Shown here in pieces: positions 1-11,437 of a DNA stretch of 64,000 bases (its first letter is position 1; each line of letters opens with the position of its first letter). The position numbers were made by a program, and so were the translations under genes. The DNA is from Squalus acanthias (Eukaryota), in contig JASTWF010000369.1 in NCBI GenBank assembly GCA_030390025.1, forward strand, positions 124,001-188,000, written 5' to 3'. The notes beneath the pieces were generated by a model. That model was not told the DNA's origin and searched no databases. It saw only the letters and a program-made list of their open reading frames with translations.

Positions 1-270
1 GAATTGACCAATCACTGGTGTTAGTACATATGAGATGTTTTGCTTATTTTCGCCTGAGCTTAAAGTAAAGGGATATGTCTGTGTATGCCAAAGTATAATT
101 GGGAATTATTATATACAACATAACTGTCAGCTGCTTACTTGTAATATTTTGCTAATTTTTAAGTAAAAGAAGTTTTTCACAGATTCATTGGGTTTTGTGT
201 TGCCTGCTCGATGTGTCTGAACTTTGGAAACTGTTGGACGGGGCGAGGGGCGATTTCCGCACGTCTTACA
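1..270 (+). repeat. 5' LTR (3' part only) of retrovirus-like element 1
   Basis: Direct repeat of 21383-21650 (about 38 differences over about 270 nt by hand alignment). Ends in TCTTACA and is followed closely by a PBS. Confidence 0.93.
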
Positions 271-275
271 GAATT

Positions 276-293
276 TGCCGCCCGAACAGGGAC
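276..293 (+). promoter_or_regulatory. Primer binding site, tRNA-Lys3(UUU) type
   Basis: TGCCGCCCGAACAGGGAC matches the Lys3 PBS TGGCGCCCGAACAGGGAC at 17/18 and starts after a 5-nt spacer following the LTR end. Confidence 0.9.
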
Positions 294-309
294 CCATTTG
301 GAGCAGGCA

Positions 310-1992
310 ATGGCAAACACAATAGGGGAGGTAGTCACTATGCATGTGGTGGGGAAGTTGCCCCTTCGAGAGGGGAGGGTAATCGTCATCATAGACGGTG
401 ATGATCTGGTATCTGAGGCTGAACAGTGGACACAAGGATCCACGTTTCGGCTGGGGTCAATGAAATCTGTTTTGTTGTTGGCCGATCAGAGGCAGTTAAG
501 AACGGCGAATGTACAAAAGATTCAGTTACGAAAGGAAATAGAAGATTCGACAGAAAAAGCCACTGACCAAGAAGTGGTGTTAAACAGACTCCTGAAGGAG
601 TTGGAGGAAGAGAGGGAAAGGAGGAAAAGGGAATTAGAGGCAGTAAAGAAAAGTAAATGAAAGCTCGAGGAAAAGTTTGAGAAGGAGAAGGAAAGGTGGT
701 GTAATAAAGAACAGTATCCTTGAGAGCCACTGTATAAACAATCAGAATCAGTGGGACGTGTGGTTATGGAAGGAAGCAGATCAGAGGCAGCGGGCAGAGC
801 AGGCTGAAAGGGCCATTGAGGACCTAAAAGACGCTTTTTACAGTTGTTCAGAAGCAGGTTTTTGAAGATCGAGGGAGCTCGAGGGGATCACACTGAGTCT
901 AAAAGGAAGATTAAGGGGTTGGAGGATAAATTACGGGTCCAGAGGGGCAAAGTGTGTGCCGTGACCCCTTTGTCAGGAGATGAAGAACCAGAAACCAGAA
1001 AGGGAGAGTGAATGTGATGAAGGTAAAGTGGAGATAGAGCAGAGGCCAAGTTATGATCCACCGAAAGGAGTTCGGCCCCCACTTGTGACCCCGATGCGCC
1101 AAAAACGGTACCAGGCGCCGGCCACGGATGAGGAGGAGGGAGATTTAGGCTTGCTCGATCGCGAGTTTGTGATTCCGTTTATTACGGAGGATTGAAGGAA
1201 AATGTCCAGTGACGGGGAGGGGATCCACAATGGTAGTATTTAGAAGTGGAAAAGAGGGCTGGTTTGAACAACTAGGATGAGAAGGATAAAAAGCGTCTAC
1301 TGCTGTTCACTTTAAGCCCCTGTGTTTATTAAGGCCTCCCACTAGCAAGCAAAAGAGCGGGGGGCGACTATGACGTGTTGAAGGTGAGAATTGCCCAGGT
1401 GATGGGCCAGAGAAAAGGGAATCATTTTAAAGCTTTAGAAGAGGTAGAGCAGCGTCCAAATGAGACCCCGGCAGCATTTGCCAACAGACTGTGGCCCACA
1501 TATCAATTACAATTGGAGGGGCACTAGGACCCTGAGGTCACCTAACAGAAGCAGCCCACAACCACTGGCTGCGAGCCTTGTCTTCTCACAGTCTGCCGTA
1601 CTTACAAGCTGCTGTGTCAGATTTTGATCCAGAAGATGGGGGAAATACAAAAGCTCGAGTTGTGAGGAAAATGACCCTGCACTTCGAGGCAGGTCAGACG
1701 GATAAAAGGTATACCGGGGCAATGAATATTCCAAAGGGCAAGGTTTGCGAAGTTAAAGGGGGACCCCTCGGAGATGGCAGCAGGAAACGACTGCACCAGA
1801 GAGGGGAGGGGGTCCGTACAATGTCTGTTATAAATGTGATTCAACGGGACATGTTATGCGTTATTGTAAGAAAGCTAAGAAGAGCCGCAACCTGGCGCCC
1901 CCAATTATGAGGAGTTGGTCAAACTGGTTGCTAAGACTATAAGGGAGCTTGATACTCCACAAGGGGAGGGCCGCAGGGAGAACCGAGCATGA
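310..1992 (+). pseudogene. gag: gag of element 1 (disrupted)
   Basis: ATG at 310. Charged coiled-coil N-terminus, MHR-like QRPNETPAAFANRL near 1450, CCHC knuckle CYKCDSTGHVMRYC at 1826-1867, TGA at 1990. Multiple stops and frameshifts. Confidence 0.85.
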
Positions 1993-4900
1993 CGGGGCCG
2001 CGCCCAGCCCCAGTACCTGTGTCCATTCAGGTACGATGATTGGGGAAGACCATGTGTAAACATCGTGATTGAGGGAGAGAGAGAGGACTATTTGGTAGAC
2101 ACTGGAGCATCGAGTACGATAGTCCACTCTCCCTCCCCGATGTCGTCTCCCTGGTCAAGTGGAAACCCCTATGTTTTAGGTGGTTTTATGGGCAACTCAG
2201 CGTCTGGGGCGCTGTCAAGACCTTTGAGTTTTAAGGTAGAGCCCCTCCAAACAAAGTGAACTTGTATACTGATGAAATGGGTTCAGCCAGGAATGGGAGT
2301 GCTGGGCTCTGATTGGATGTTAGTCCACAATGTGATCGTGGATATGGTTAGTAACGATTTGTGGGGAGGGGTGGATCATGGTGAGGAAGTAGTGGTTATA
2401 CCCCCGCGCCACGGTGAGGCACGGATGATAATGCTCGTGGGACCCAGCGACTTAGAAATACTTATGGCTGAGGTGCCCGAAAGGTATCAGACTATAGTGC
2501 GGGATGCCACAGGAGCTTTTGCTACCAATAAACATGATTGTGGCAGGGTAGCGGGAGTCAACGTGCGAGTGGGGGGGAGGGGGGAACCGATGTCCCGAAC
2601 CCAGAAACAGTATACGTTCCCCAAGGAAGCCGATTAAAATGTGGAAAAAGCTGTTGTGTCCTTGCTGGAACAAGGGGTATTGAGAGCTATTGAGACGCAT
2701 ATTAAATCCCCCATTTGGCCGATAAAGAAACTGGACAACTCTTGGCGGATGACAGTAGATTACACGGTTTTGAATAAAAACTTTCCTGCTTTTGCTCCCA
2801 CGGTAGATCTGATCGGCAATATCCCGAGCTCTTCCGCGGTGTTCACAGTGTGGGACATATCAAATGGGTTCTGTTCGATTCCCTTACACCCGGAGGACCA
2901 GGACAAGTTTGCTTTTACTATTAAGGGACAGCAGTACGCGTGGACGTGTCTGCCACAGCGGTTCCACAATAGTCCGTCCATTTTCCATCAGTGTTTGGCT
3001 AACTGTCTATCAGAATTTAGCCGGCCAGGTCAGCTTGTACAATATGTAGACGATCTATTGCTGTTCAGAGACAGTGAAAGTAAGGATGAGGAATTACTGC
3101 AGGAGCTGTTAGAATTGCTTGCAACCGCAGGTTTTAAAGTAAACTCCAAGAAGGCACAGATAGGACAAAGGGAGTTTCAGTTTCTCGGGCTAACTCTTCG
3201 AGCAGGAGAGCGTGCTACACATGATGTGAAGCGTAAAACGGTCCAGGAACTGCCTCGCCCGGGTTTCGATAACTACTCTCCGATCATTCCTGGGTCTGAC
3301 GCGGTACTGTGGAGAACTCATTGAGAATTATGCGGCCACGGTGGCTCCTCTGATGTGATTACTTAGAATAGGAGCAGTTTAGAAATGGGATGAGCACTGT
3401 GAGGAGGCTTTGGTACAGTTGAAACGGGATCTACAAACTGACCCGGCCGTGGGGGAAATAGACCGTACAAAGGACTTCTTTCTTGAGGTAACAGCGGCAT
3501 ATGACAGCCTGGGCGCGGTTTTAACGCAGGAAGTATATGGGCGGCTGAGACCGGTAGCCTATGCCTCCAGAGTAATAACCGAGGTAGAAAAATGATTTTC
3601 TACCTGTGAGAGGGACTTGCTTGCCACATTCTGAGCAGTAATATATTTTGTCATATTCAGCATATTATTTTCCTCACACACCAAACACCAACCCGTCACC
3701 TGTTGCAAGGCCGAATTTAAGAGGGAACGGTGTCAAGCACTCGGGTAGCTGCGTGGACCCTACAGTTAGAAGGGATGGATCTGAGAGTGAGAGCACTAAG
3801 CGAGCCAAAGTTAGCGGATAACCTTAATTATCAGGGCGGATCTCACATCTGTACAGTAGATGGTCTGTGGGAGACAGAGGGTGGATTTAAACCCATTATC
3901 CACCCTGTGGGGAGAGATATATACGTGGATGGGTCCAGTTTTGTGGAAAAGGGGGAACGCAAAACAGGCAAGTGGAATTCATGACCAACAAACGTGGGTG
4001 GAAGTGGCGATTAAGTTGCCCACCACCCTTCTGCTCAACAGGCAGAATTGGCAGCCGTAACCTATGTATTAACGTATCCCACCGAGTTTCCCCCGCCGTA
4101 TTCGATCTGTTCTGACTTCATTTTCAACTGTAATGCCTGTATGGAATATTTGGTGATTTGGGCTAGAAGAGATTTTAACTCCAGGGATGGCAAAACGTTA
4201 GTTACCGCACCAATGCTGGCCACTATGGTGGATATCATAGGAAAGGGATGGGAGGACTACTACATTCATAAAAGCGCATTCTAAAACCGAGCCCAGATGG
4301 GAGGGGAACAAGAGAGCAGACGAATTGACGGGGGCGTAGGCAGAACGGGGTGTTACGTGGGACGCGTATCAATCAGGAATGGTGGCAACCGTAAAACCGG
4401 CAACTGATACTGTCTCGCTCCCTCTGGATCTTAGAACAGGACAGTTATTTTTATTTCAGATTTCCAGCATCCGCAGGATATTGCTATTTTGCAGTTATTG
4501 TTTTATTCGTTTATGGTATGTGGGCGTCGCTGGCAAAGCCAGCATTTACTGCCCATCCCTACTTGCCCTTGAGAAGTTGGTCTTCAGCCGCCTTCTTTAA
4601 CCGCTGCAGCCCATGTGGTGAAGGTACTCCCAGAGTGCTGTTCGGTAGGGAGTTCCAGGATTTTTACCCAGCGACGATGAAGGATCGGCCATCTACTTCT
4701 AAGTCACGATGCTTGGTGACTTGGAGGAGAACTTGGAGATGGTGGTGTTTCCATGCGCCTGATGTCCTTGCCCTTCTTGTGGAAGTGGTCGCGGGCTGTG
4801 AGGTGCTGGTCAAGAAGCTTTGGCGAGTTGCTGCAGTGCATTTTGTAGAAGGTACACACTGCAGCCACGGTACACCGGTGGTGGAGGGAGTGAATGTTTA

Positions 4901-6470
4901 AGGTGATGGATGGGCTGCCAATCAAGCGGGCTTTTTTGTCGTGGATGGTGTCGAGCTTCTTGAGTGTTGTTGGAGATGCACTCATCCAGGCAAGTGAAAA
5001 GCATTCCATCACACTCCTTACTTGTGCCTGGTAGATGATGGAAAGGTTTTGGGGAGTCAGGAGGTGAGACACTCGCCGCAGAATACCTAGCCTCTGACAT
5101 GGTCTTGTTGCCACATTATTTATGTGGCTGGTCTAGTTAATTTACTGATCAATTGTGACCCCCAGAATGTTGATAGTGGGGGATTCGGCGAATGTAATGC
5201 CGTTGAATGTCAAGGGGAGGTGGTTAGACTCTCGTTTGTTGCAGAGTGTCATTGCCTGGCACTTCTAGGGCGCGAATGTTACCTGAAGTTAGTTACCACA
5301 GCAATGCTAACTGAAGTTAGACGATGTAATATTGATGGCTTTCCTTAGAGAAAAGGAGGCAGGGCAGTCTGTGGTAGGACCCTACAGTGCCCGCGATGTG
5401 GAGGTTAGGGATGGCATGTTGTTTGAAGGGGATAAGTGGTTAGTGCCCGAGGGGTATCGGGAGGAATTTATGCAGCACGCCCATGAAGGTCCAGGGGCCA
5501 GACACCCCAGACGCGAGACGACCTGGAAGAGGGTCGAGGATGTGGGGTGGTGGACTCATCTGCGGGAAGACGTAGAGCATTACTGTAAAAGCTATTTAGT
5601 GTGTGCTGCTAACAATCCTGACCCACACAAAATAAAAGCTCCCCTCGGAGACATCCGTCAAACAGAGTGACCGTGGCAGTGTGTCCAGATAGATTTTATC
5701 GGACCTTGCCCCAAACTAAGAAAGGCAATAAATACTGTTTAGTTTTGGATGATAATTTCACAAAGTGCATAGAAGCTTTCGCGTGCAAGTTGACCATAGC
5801 ATTGTGAAGAGCCAAGACCCTAGTTAGAGAGGGATTCTCCAGATGGGGACTTCCTGGCGTGGTATAGTCAGACCAGGGAAGTCACTTTACAGGTCCGGTA
5901 AAGCCAGCCACTCTGAAATTGCTTGGAATTGAAGGGAAATGGCGGGGATTGTGGAAAGAATGAACCGTACATTGAAGTTGGCCATGTAAAAGCAATTAAA
6001 TGAACAGCACAGTAAGTGCGATGAGGTACTTCCCCAATCCTTATGGGAATACATAATAACAGATCCAAAGGAACGGGTCACTCTGCTCATGAATTGGGAA
6101 CGGGGAGACCCATGCGAACCTCAACACACCTGGTGATCCCTACTTTGACTGACAAACAGATTGCGGAGGTGATGCGGGACAAATTCTTAAAAAACCTGTG
6201 GGAAACCTTAAAGGAGTTGAATTTGATGGGCCGCCCACAACACTGGGAAGGCACACCAACGCAACTGACTAAACTTGGGTCCAAGTAATCCCCAGGAATG
6301 GGCAGTAGGGAGCCAGGTAATGCTACGAAACTAAGTGAGGCTTGGTTTATTTGAAACCCTGCTCAAGGGATCATGTAACATTCTTGACAAAGCTAGTCCT
6401 ATGGTTTACACAGTTCAGTTACCTAAGGTCATCAAATAGTTTCATAATAACCAGATGAAGCTTTTTCAGA
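1993..6470 (+). pseudogene. pol: pol of element 1: protease, RT, tether, RNase H, integrase (disrupted; LINE insertion about 4432-5325)
   Basis: Protease YLVDTGAS. RT SPIWPIKK, LPQRFHNSP, QYVDD. Degenerate RH/tether LGAVLTQ..RPVAYASR. Second RNase H YVDGSS/SAQQAEL/ICSD/GNKRADEL. Integrase HAH..HP..WW..C, QIDFIGP, SDQGSHFT, VERMNRTLK. Confidence 0.92.
4500..5285 (-). mobile_element. 3' fragment of a non-LTR retrotransposon (family distinct from the CR1 copies) inserted in pol
   Basis: ORF2 C-terminal motif KKLDTIHDKKARLIG..HSLHHRCTVAAVCTFYKMHC. Same family as 28600-29885. Confidence 0.8.
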
Positions 6471-6717
6471 CCACGAGCAGGTCAAGCAGACACCAAGCCA
6501 CGATCATGATCATGGTGAGCGTATTTATAGTACATAAGATCATAAAAGCATAACAAATAGGAGCAGGAGTAGGCCATACGGCCCCTCGAGCCTGCTCCGC
6601 CATTCAATAAGCTCATGGATGATCATTCACCTCAACTCCACTTTCCCGACAGATCTTCATATCCCTTGATTCCCCTAGAGTCCAAAAATCTAACTATCTC
6701 AGCCTTAAATATATTTA

Positions 6718-9102
6718 TGATGTGGAGATGCCGGTGTTGGACTGGGGTGGACAAAAATGAGAAGTCGCACAATACCAGGTTATAGTCCAACAGTTTTATT
6801 TAAAATTACGAGCTTTCGGAGCTGCTGCCCCTTCGTCAGGTAGAGGTACATTGAGGGAATCTATTACATAGTATATAGAGCACTTTGGCTGCAGAGATAC
6901 AATCTGTTAGGAAGGCATTACATCAAAGACACATCAGAGTACAGCTAAGACAATGAGGTGGGTCACAGGGGATGCAACGTGTCAAATGTTGCCTTCTGCA
7001 GTTGAGCTTATAACTTTCTTTTTGTTTGTTTGTTTTTTTTTGTTTGCTTTTTTTGTGTTTTTTTTAAACTGGAAAGACAGACAACGATGTCGAGTCACGT
7101 TCTGTAGCGTGACATGAACCCGAGATCCCTGTTGAGGCCGTCCTCATGGGTGCGCAACTTGGCTATCAGTTTCTGCTCGATGATTTTGCATTCTCGTGTG
7201 TCTCGAAGGCCGCCTTGGAGAACGCTAACCCACAGATCCGAGGCTGAATGCCCTTGAATGCTGAAGTGTTCCCCGACTGGGAGGTAACAATCCTGCCTTG
7301 CGATTGTTGCACGGTGTCCGTTCATACGTTGTCTCAGTGTCTGCATGGTCTCGCCGATGTATCATGCTCTGGGGCATCCTTTCCTGCAACGTATCAGGTA
7401 GACAACGTTGGCCGAGTCACATGAGTATGTACCATGTACCTGGTGGGTAGTGTCCTCACGTGTGATGATGGTATCTGTGTTGAAGATCTGGCATGTCTTG
7501 CAGAGGTTGCCGTGGCAGGGTTGTGTGGTGTCGTGGTCGCTGTTCTCCTGACAGCTGGGTAATTTGCTGCGAACGATGGTACATTTGAGGTTAGGTGGCT
7601 ACTTGAAGGCGAGTAGTGGAGGCGTGGGGATGGCCTTAGCAAGGTGTTCGTCGTCATCGATGACATGTTGAAGGCTGCGAAGAACATGGCGTAGTTTCTC
7701 CGCTCCGGGGAAGTGCTGGACGACGTAGGGTACTCTGTTGGTTGTGTCCCGTGTTCGCCTTCTGAGGAGGTCTATGCGGTTTTTCGCTGTGGCCCGTCGG
7801 AACTGTCGATCGACGAGTCGAGCGTCATATCCCGTTCTTACGAGGGCGTCTTTCAGCGTCCATAGGTGTCCATCGCGTTCCTCCGCGTCTGAGCAGATCC
7901 TGTATATTCGCAGGGCTTGTCCATTGGGGATGGCTTCTTTGACGTGGTTAGGGTGGAAGCTGGAGAAGTGGAGCATCGTGAGGTTGTCCGTGGGCTTGCA
8001 GTAGAGTGAAGTGCTGAGGTGACGTCTTTGATGGAGCTTCGCGTGTCCAAGAATGAAACCGATTCTGAGGAGTAGTCCATGGTGAGTTTGATGGTGGGAT
8101 GGAACCAGTTGATGTTATCGTGTAGACCTTTCAGTGATCCTTCGCCGTCGGTCCAAAGGAAGAAGATGTCGTCGATGTATCTGGTGTACAGCGTTGGTTG
8201 GAGGTCCTGTGCAGCGAAGAAGTCATGCTCGAACTTGTGCATGAAGATGTTGGCGTATTGGGGTGCGAATTTGGTCCCCATGGCTGTTCTGTGTGTTTGG
8301 GTAAAAAACTGGTTGTCGAAGGTGAAGACATTGTGGTCAAGGATGAAGCAGATGAGTTGTAGGATGGCATCTGGAGATTGGCTGTTGTTGGTGTTGAGTA
8401 CTGAGGCTGTCGCAGCAATGCCGTCATCGTGGGGGATATTGGTGTACAGTGCCGATACGTCCATCGTGGCGAGGAGTGTTCCTGGTTCAACAGGTCCATG
8501 GGTGCTGAGTTTCTGCAAGAAGTCTGTAGTGTCGCGACAGAAGCTGGGGGTTCCCTGTACGATGGGTTTCAGGATGCCCTCGACGTACCCAGAGAGGTTC
8601 TCACACAGGGTTCCGTTGCCTGATACGATAGGACGTCCGGGTGTGTTGGCTTTGTGTATCTTTGGGAGGCAGTAGAAGTCTCCTACGCGGGGAGTACGTG
8701 GGATGAGAGCGCGTAGGATGTTTTGAAGGTCTGGATCGAAGGTCTTGATCAGTCTATTGAGTTGGCGGGTGTGTTCTTTGGTTGGATCTGCGAGTAACTG
8801 CCTGTAATGTTCCTGGTTGTCCAGTTCTCGGCATGCTTCTTTGCAATAGTCCATTTTCTTCTGTATGATGATGGCTCCTCCTTTGTCCGCTGGTTTGATG
8901 ACGATGTTGTGGTTGGTCTTGAGAGCGTGGATGGCGTTGCGTTGTGCTCGGGTGACATTCTGGACTGTCTTGTGAGTGCGGCTGATGAATCTGGCGTTTA
9001 ATCATTTCCTGACAGCTTGAGCATACATGTCAAGCTTAGGGCAGCGACCCTCTGGAGAGGTCCAATTTGACTCTTTCTTCTTCGGTTGCTGCAACGGTTG
9101 CT
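6718..9102 (-). mobile_element. Penelope-like element, left arm (RT + GIY-YIG, 5' truncated)
   Basis: LPKIHK, GRPIVS, TAMG, YIDDIF motifs, GIY-YIG tail (LRQRMNGHR) and pseudo-LTR 3' end. Inverted copy of 9106-11437. Confidence 0.93.
6807..6842 (-). ncRNA. Minimal type I hammerhead ribozyme in Penelope pseudo-LTR
   Basis: Minus strand reads TAC-CTGACGA-A-GGGGC-AGCA-GCTCC-GAAA-GC-TC-GTA. Confidence 0.75.
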
Positions 9103-9105
9103 GTT

Positions 9106-11437
9106 GAAAGAGTCCAATTAGACCCCTCCGGAGTGTCGCTCCCTAAGCTTGACATGTATGCTCAAGCTGTCAGGAAATGCATCAATGCCAGATTCATCAG
9201 CCGCACTCACAAGACAGTCCAGAATGTCACCCGAGCACAACGCCACGCCATCCACGCTCTCAAGACCAACCGCAACATCGTCATCAAACCAGTGGACAAA
9301 GGAGGAGCCATCGTCATACAGAACAGAATGGACTATTGCAAAGAAGCATACCGACAAGTGGACAACCAGGAACACTACAGACAGTTACCCGCAGATCCGA
9401 CCAAAGAACACACCCGCCAACTCAATAGACTGATCAAAATCTTCGATCCAGACCTTCAAAGCATCCTACGCGCTCTCACCCCACGTACTCCCCGCGTAGG
9501 AGACTTCTACTGCCTCCCAAAAATACACAAAGCCAACACACCCGGACGTCCTATCGTATCAGGAAACGGAACCCTGTGTGAGAACCTCTATGTGTACGTC
9601 GAGGGAATCCTGAAACCCATCGTACAGGGAACCCCCAGCTTCTGTCGCAACACTACAGACTTCTTGCAGAAACACAGCAGCCATGGACCAGTTGAACCAG
9701 GAACACTCCTCGCCACGATGGACGTATCGGCACTCTACACCAGTATCCTCCACGATGACGGCATCGCTGCGACAGCCTCAGTACTCAACATCAACAACAG
9801 CCAATCTCCAGACGCCATCCTACAACTCATCCGCTGCATCCTTGACCACAATGTCTTCACCTTCGATAACCATTGTTTTACCCAAACACACGGAACAGCC
9901 ATGGGGACCAAATTCGCACCCCAATACGCCAACATCTTCATGCACAAGTTCGAGCAAGACTTCTTCGCTGCACAGGACCTCCAACCAATGCTGTACACCA
10001 GATACATCGACGAGATCTTCTTCCTTTGGACCCACGGTGAAGGATCACTGAAAGGGCTACACGATAACATCAACAGGTTCCATCCCACCATCAAACTCAC
10101 CATGGACTACTCCTCAGAATCGGTTTCATTCTTGGACACACGAATCTCCATCAAAGACGGACACCTCAGCACTTCACTCTACCGCAAGCCCACGGACAAC
10201 CTCACGATGCTCCACTTCTCCAGCTTCCACCCTAACCACGTTAAAGAAGCCATCCCCTATGGACAAGCCCTGCGAATACACAGGATCTGCTCAGACGAGG
10301 AGGAACGCGATGGACACCTATGGACGCTAAAAGACGCCCTCGTAAGAACGGGATATGACGCTCGACTCGTCGATCGACAGTTCCGACGGGCCACAGTGAA
10401 AAACCGCTTAGACCTCCTCAGAAGGTGAACACGGGACACAACCAACAGAGTACCCTACGTCGTCCAGTACTTCCCCGGAGCGGTGAAACTACGCCATGTT
10501 CTTCGCAGCCTTCAACATGTCATCGATGACGACGAACACCTTGCTAAGGCCTCCACTACTTGCCTTCAAGCAGCCACCTAACCTCAAAAGTACCATCGTT
10601 CGCAGCAAATTAACTAGCTGTCAGGAGAACAGCAATCACGACACCACACAACCCTGCCACGGCAACCTTTGCAAGACATGCCAGATTATCAACACAGATA
10701 CCATCATCACACATGAGGACACTACCCACCAGGTACATGGTACATACTCACGTGACTTGGTCAACGTTGTCTACCTCATATGTTGCAGGAAAGGATGCCC
10801 GGAGCATGGTACATCGGCGAGACCATGCAGATACTGAGACAACGTATGAACGGTCACTGCGCAACAATCGCCAGGCAGGATTGTTACCTCCCAGTCGGGG
10901 AACACTTCAGCCGTCAAGGACATTCAGCCTCAGATCTGTGGGTTAGCGTTCTCCAAGGCGACCTTCGAGACACACGACAACGCAAAATCATCGAGCAGAA
11001 AGTGATAGCCAAGTTCTGCACCCATGAGGACGGCCTCAATAGGGATCTCGGGTTCATGTCACACTACAGAACGTGACTCGACATCGTTGTCTGTCTTTCC
11101 AGTTTTAAAAAAAAGCACAAAAAAGAACCAACCAAAAAATAAACAACCAAAAAAAAAATACAAAAAAAAAGTTAAAAGCTCAACTGCAAACGGCAACATT
11201 TGACACGTTGCATCCCCTGTGACTCACCTCATTGTCTTAGCTGTACTCTGATGTGTCTTTGATGTAATGCCTTCCTAACAGATTGTATCTCTGCAGACAA
11301 ATTGCTCTCTGTGTATATATAATGTGTAATAGATTCCCTCAATGTACCTCTACCTGACGAAGGGGCAGCAACTCCGAAAGCTCGTAATTTTAAATAAAAC
11401 TGTTGGACTGTAACCTGGTATTGTGCGACTCCTCATT
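9106..11437 (+). mobile_element. Penelope-like element, right arm (RT ORF to 10428, frameshifted GIY-YIG to 11076)
   Basis: 453-aa ORF with Penelope RT motifs (catalytic YIDD changed to YIDE). GIY-YIG motifs NVVYLICC..WYIGET. Confidence 0.93.
11351..11386 (+). ncRNA. Minimal type I hammerhead ribozyme in Penelope pseudo-LTR
   Basis: TAC-CTGACGA-A-GGGG-CAGCAA-CTCC-GAAA-GC-TC-GTA. Predicted cleavage after 11383. Confidence 0.75.

Noticed and set aside
8079..10103. Long antisense ORFs over the Penelope RTs (and similar ones over CR1)
   Set aside because: Shadow frames caused by codon bias of the real ORFs on the other strand.
9067..10428. Active Penelope reverse transcriptase
   Set aside because: 5' truncated, YIDD changed to YIDE, and a stop before the GIY-YIG domain.
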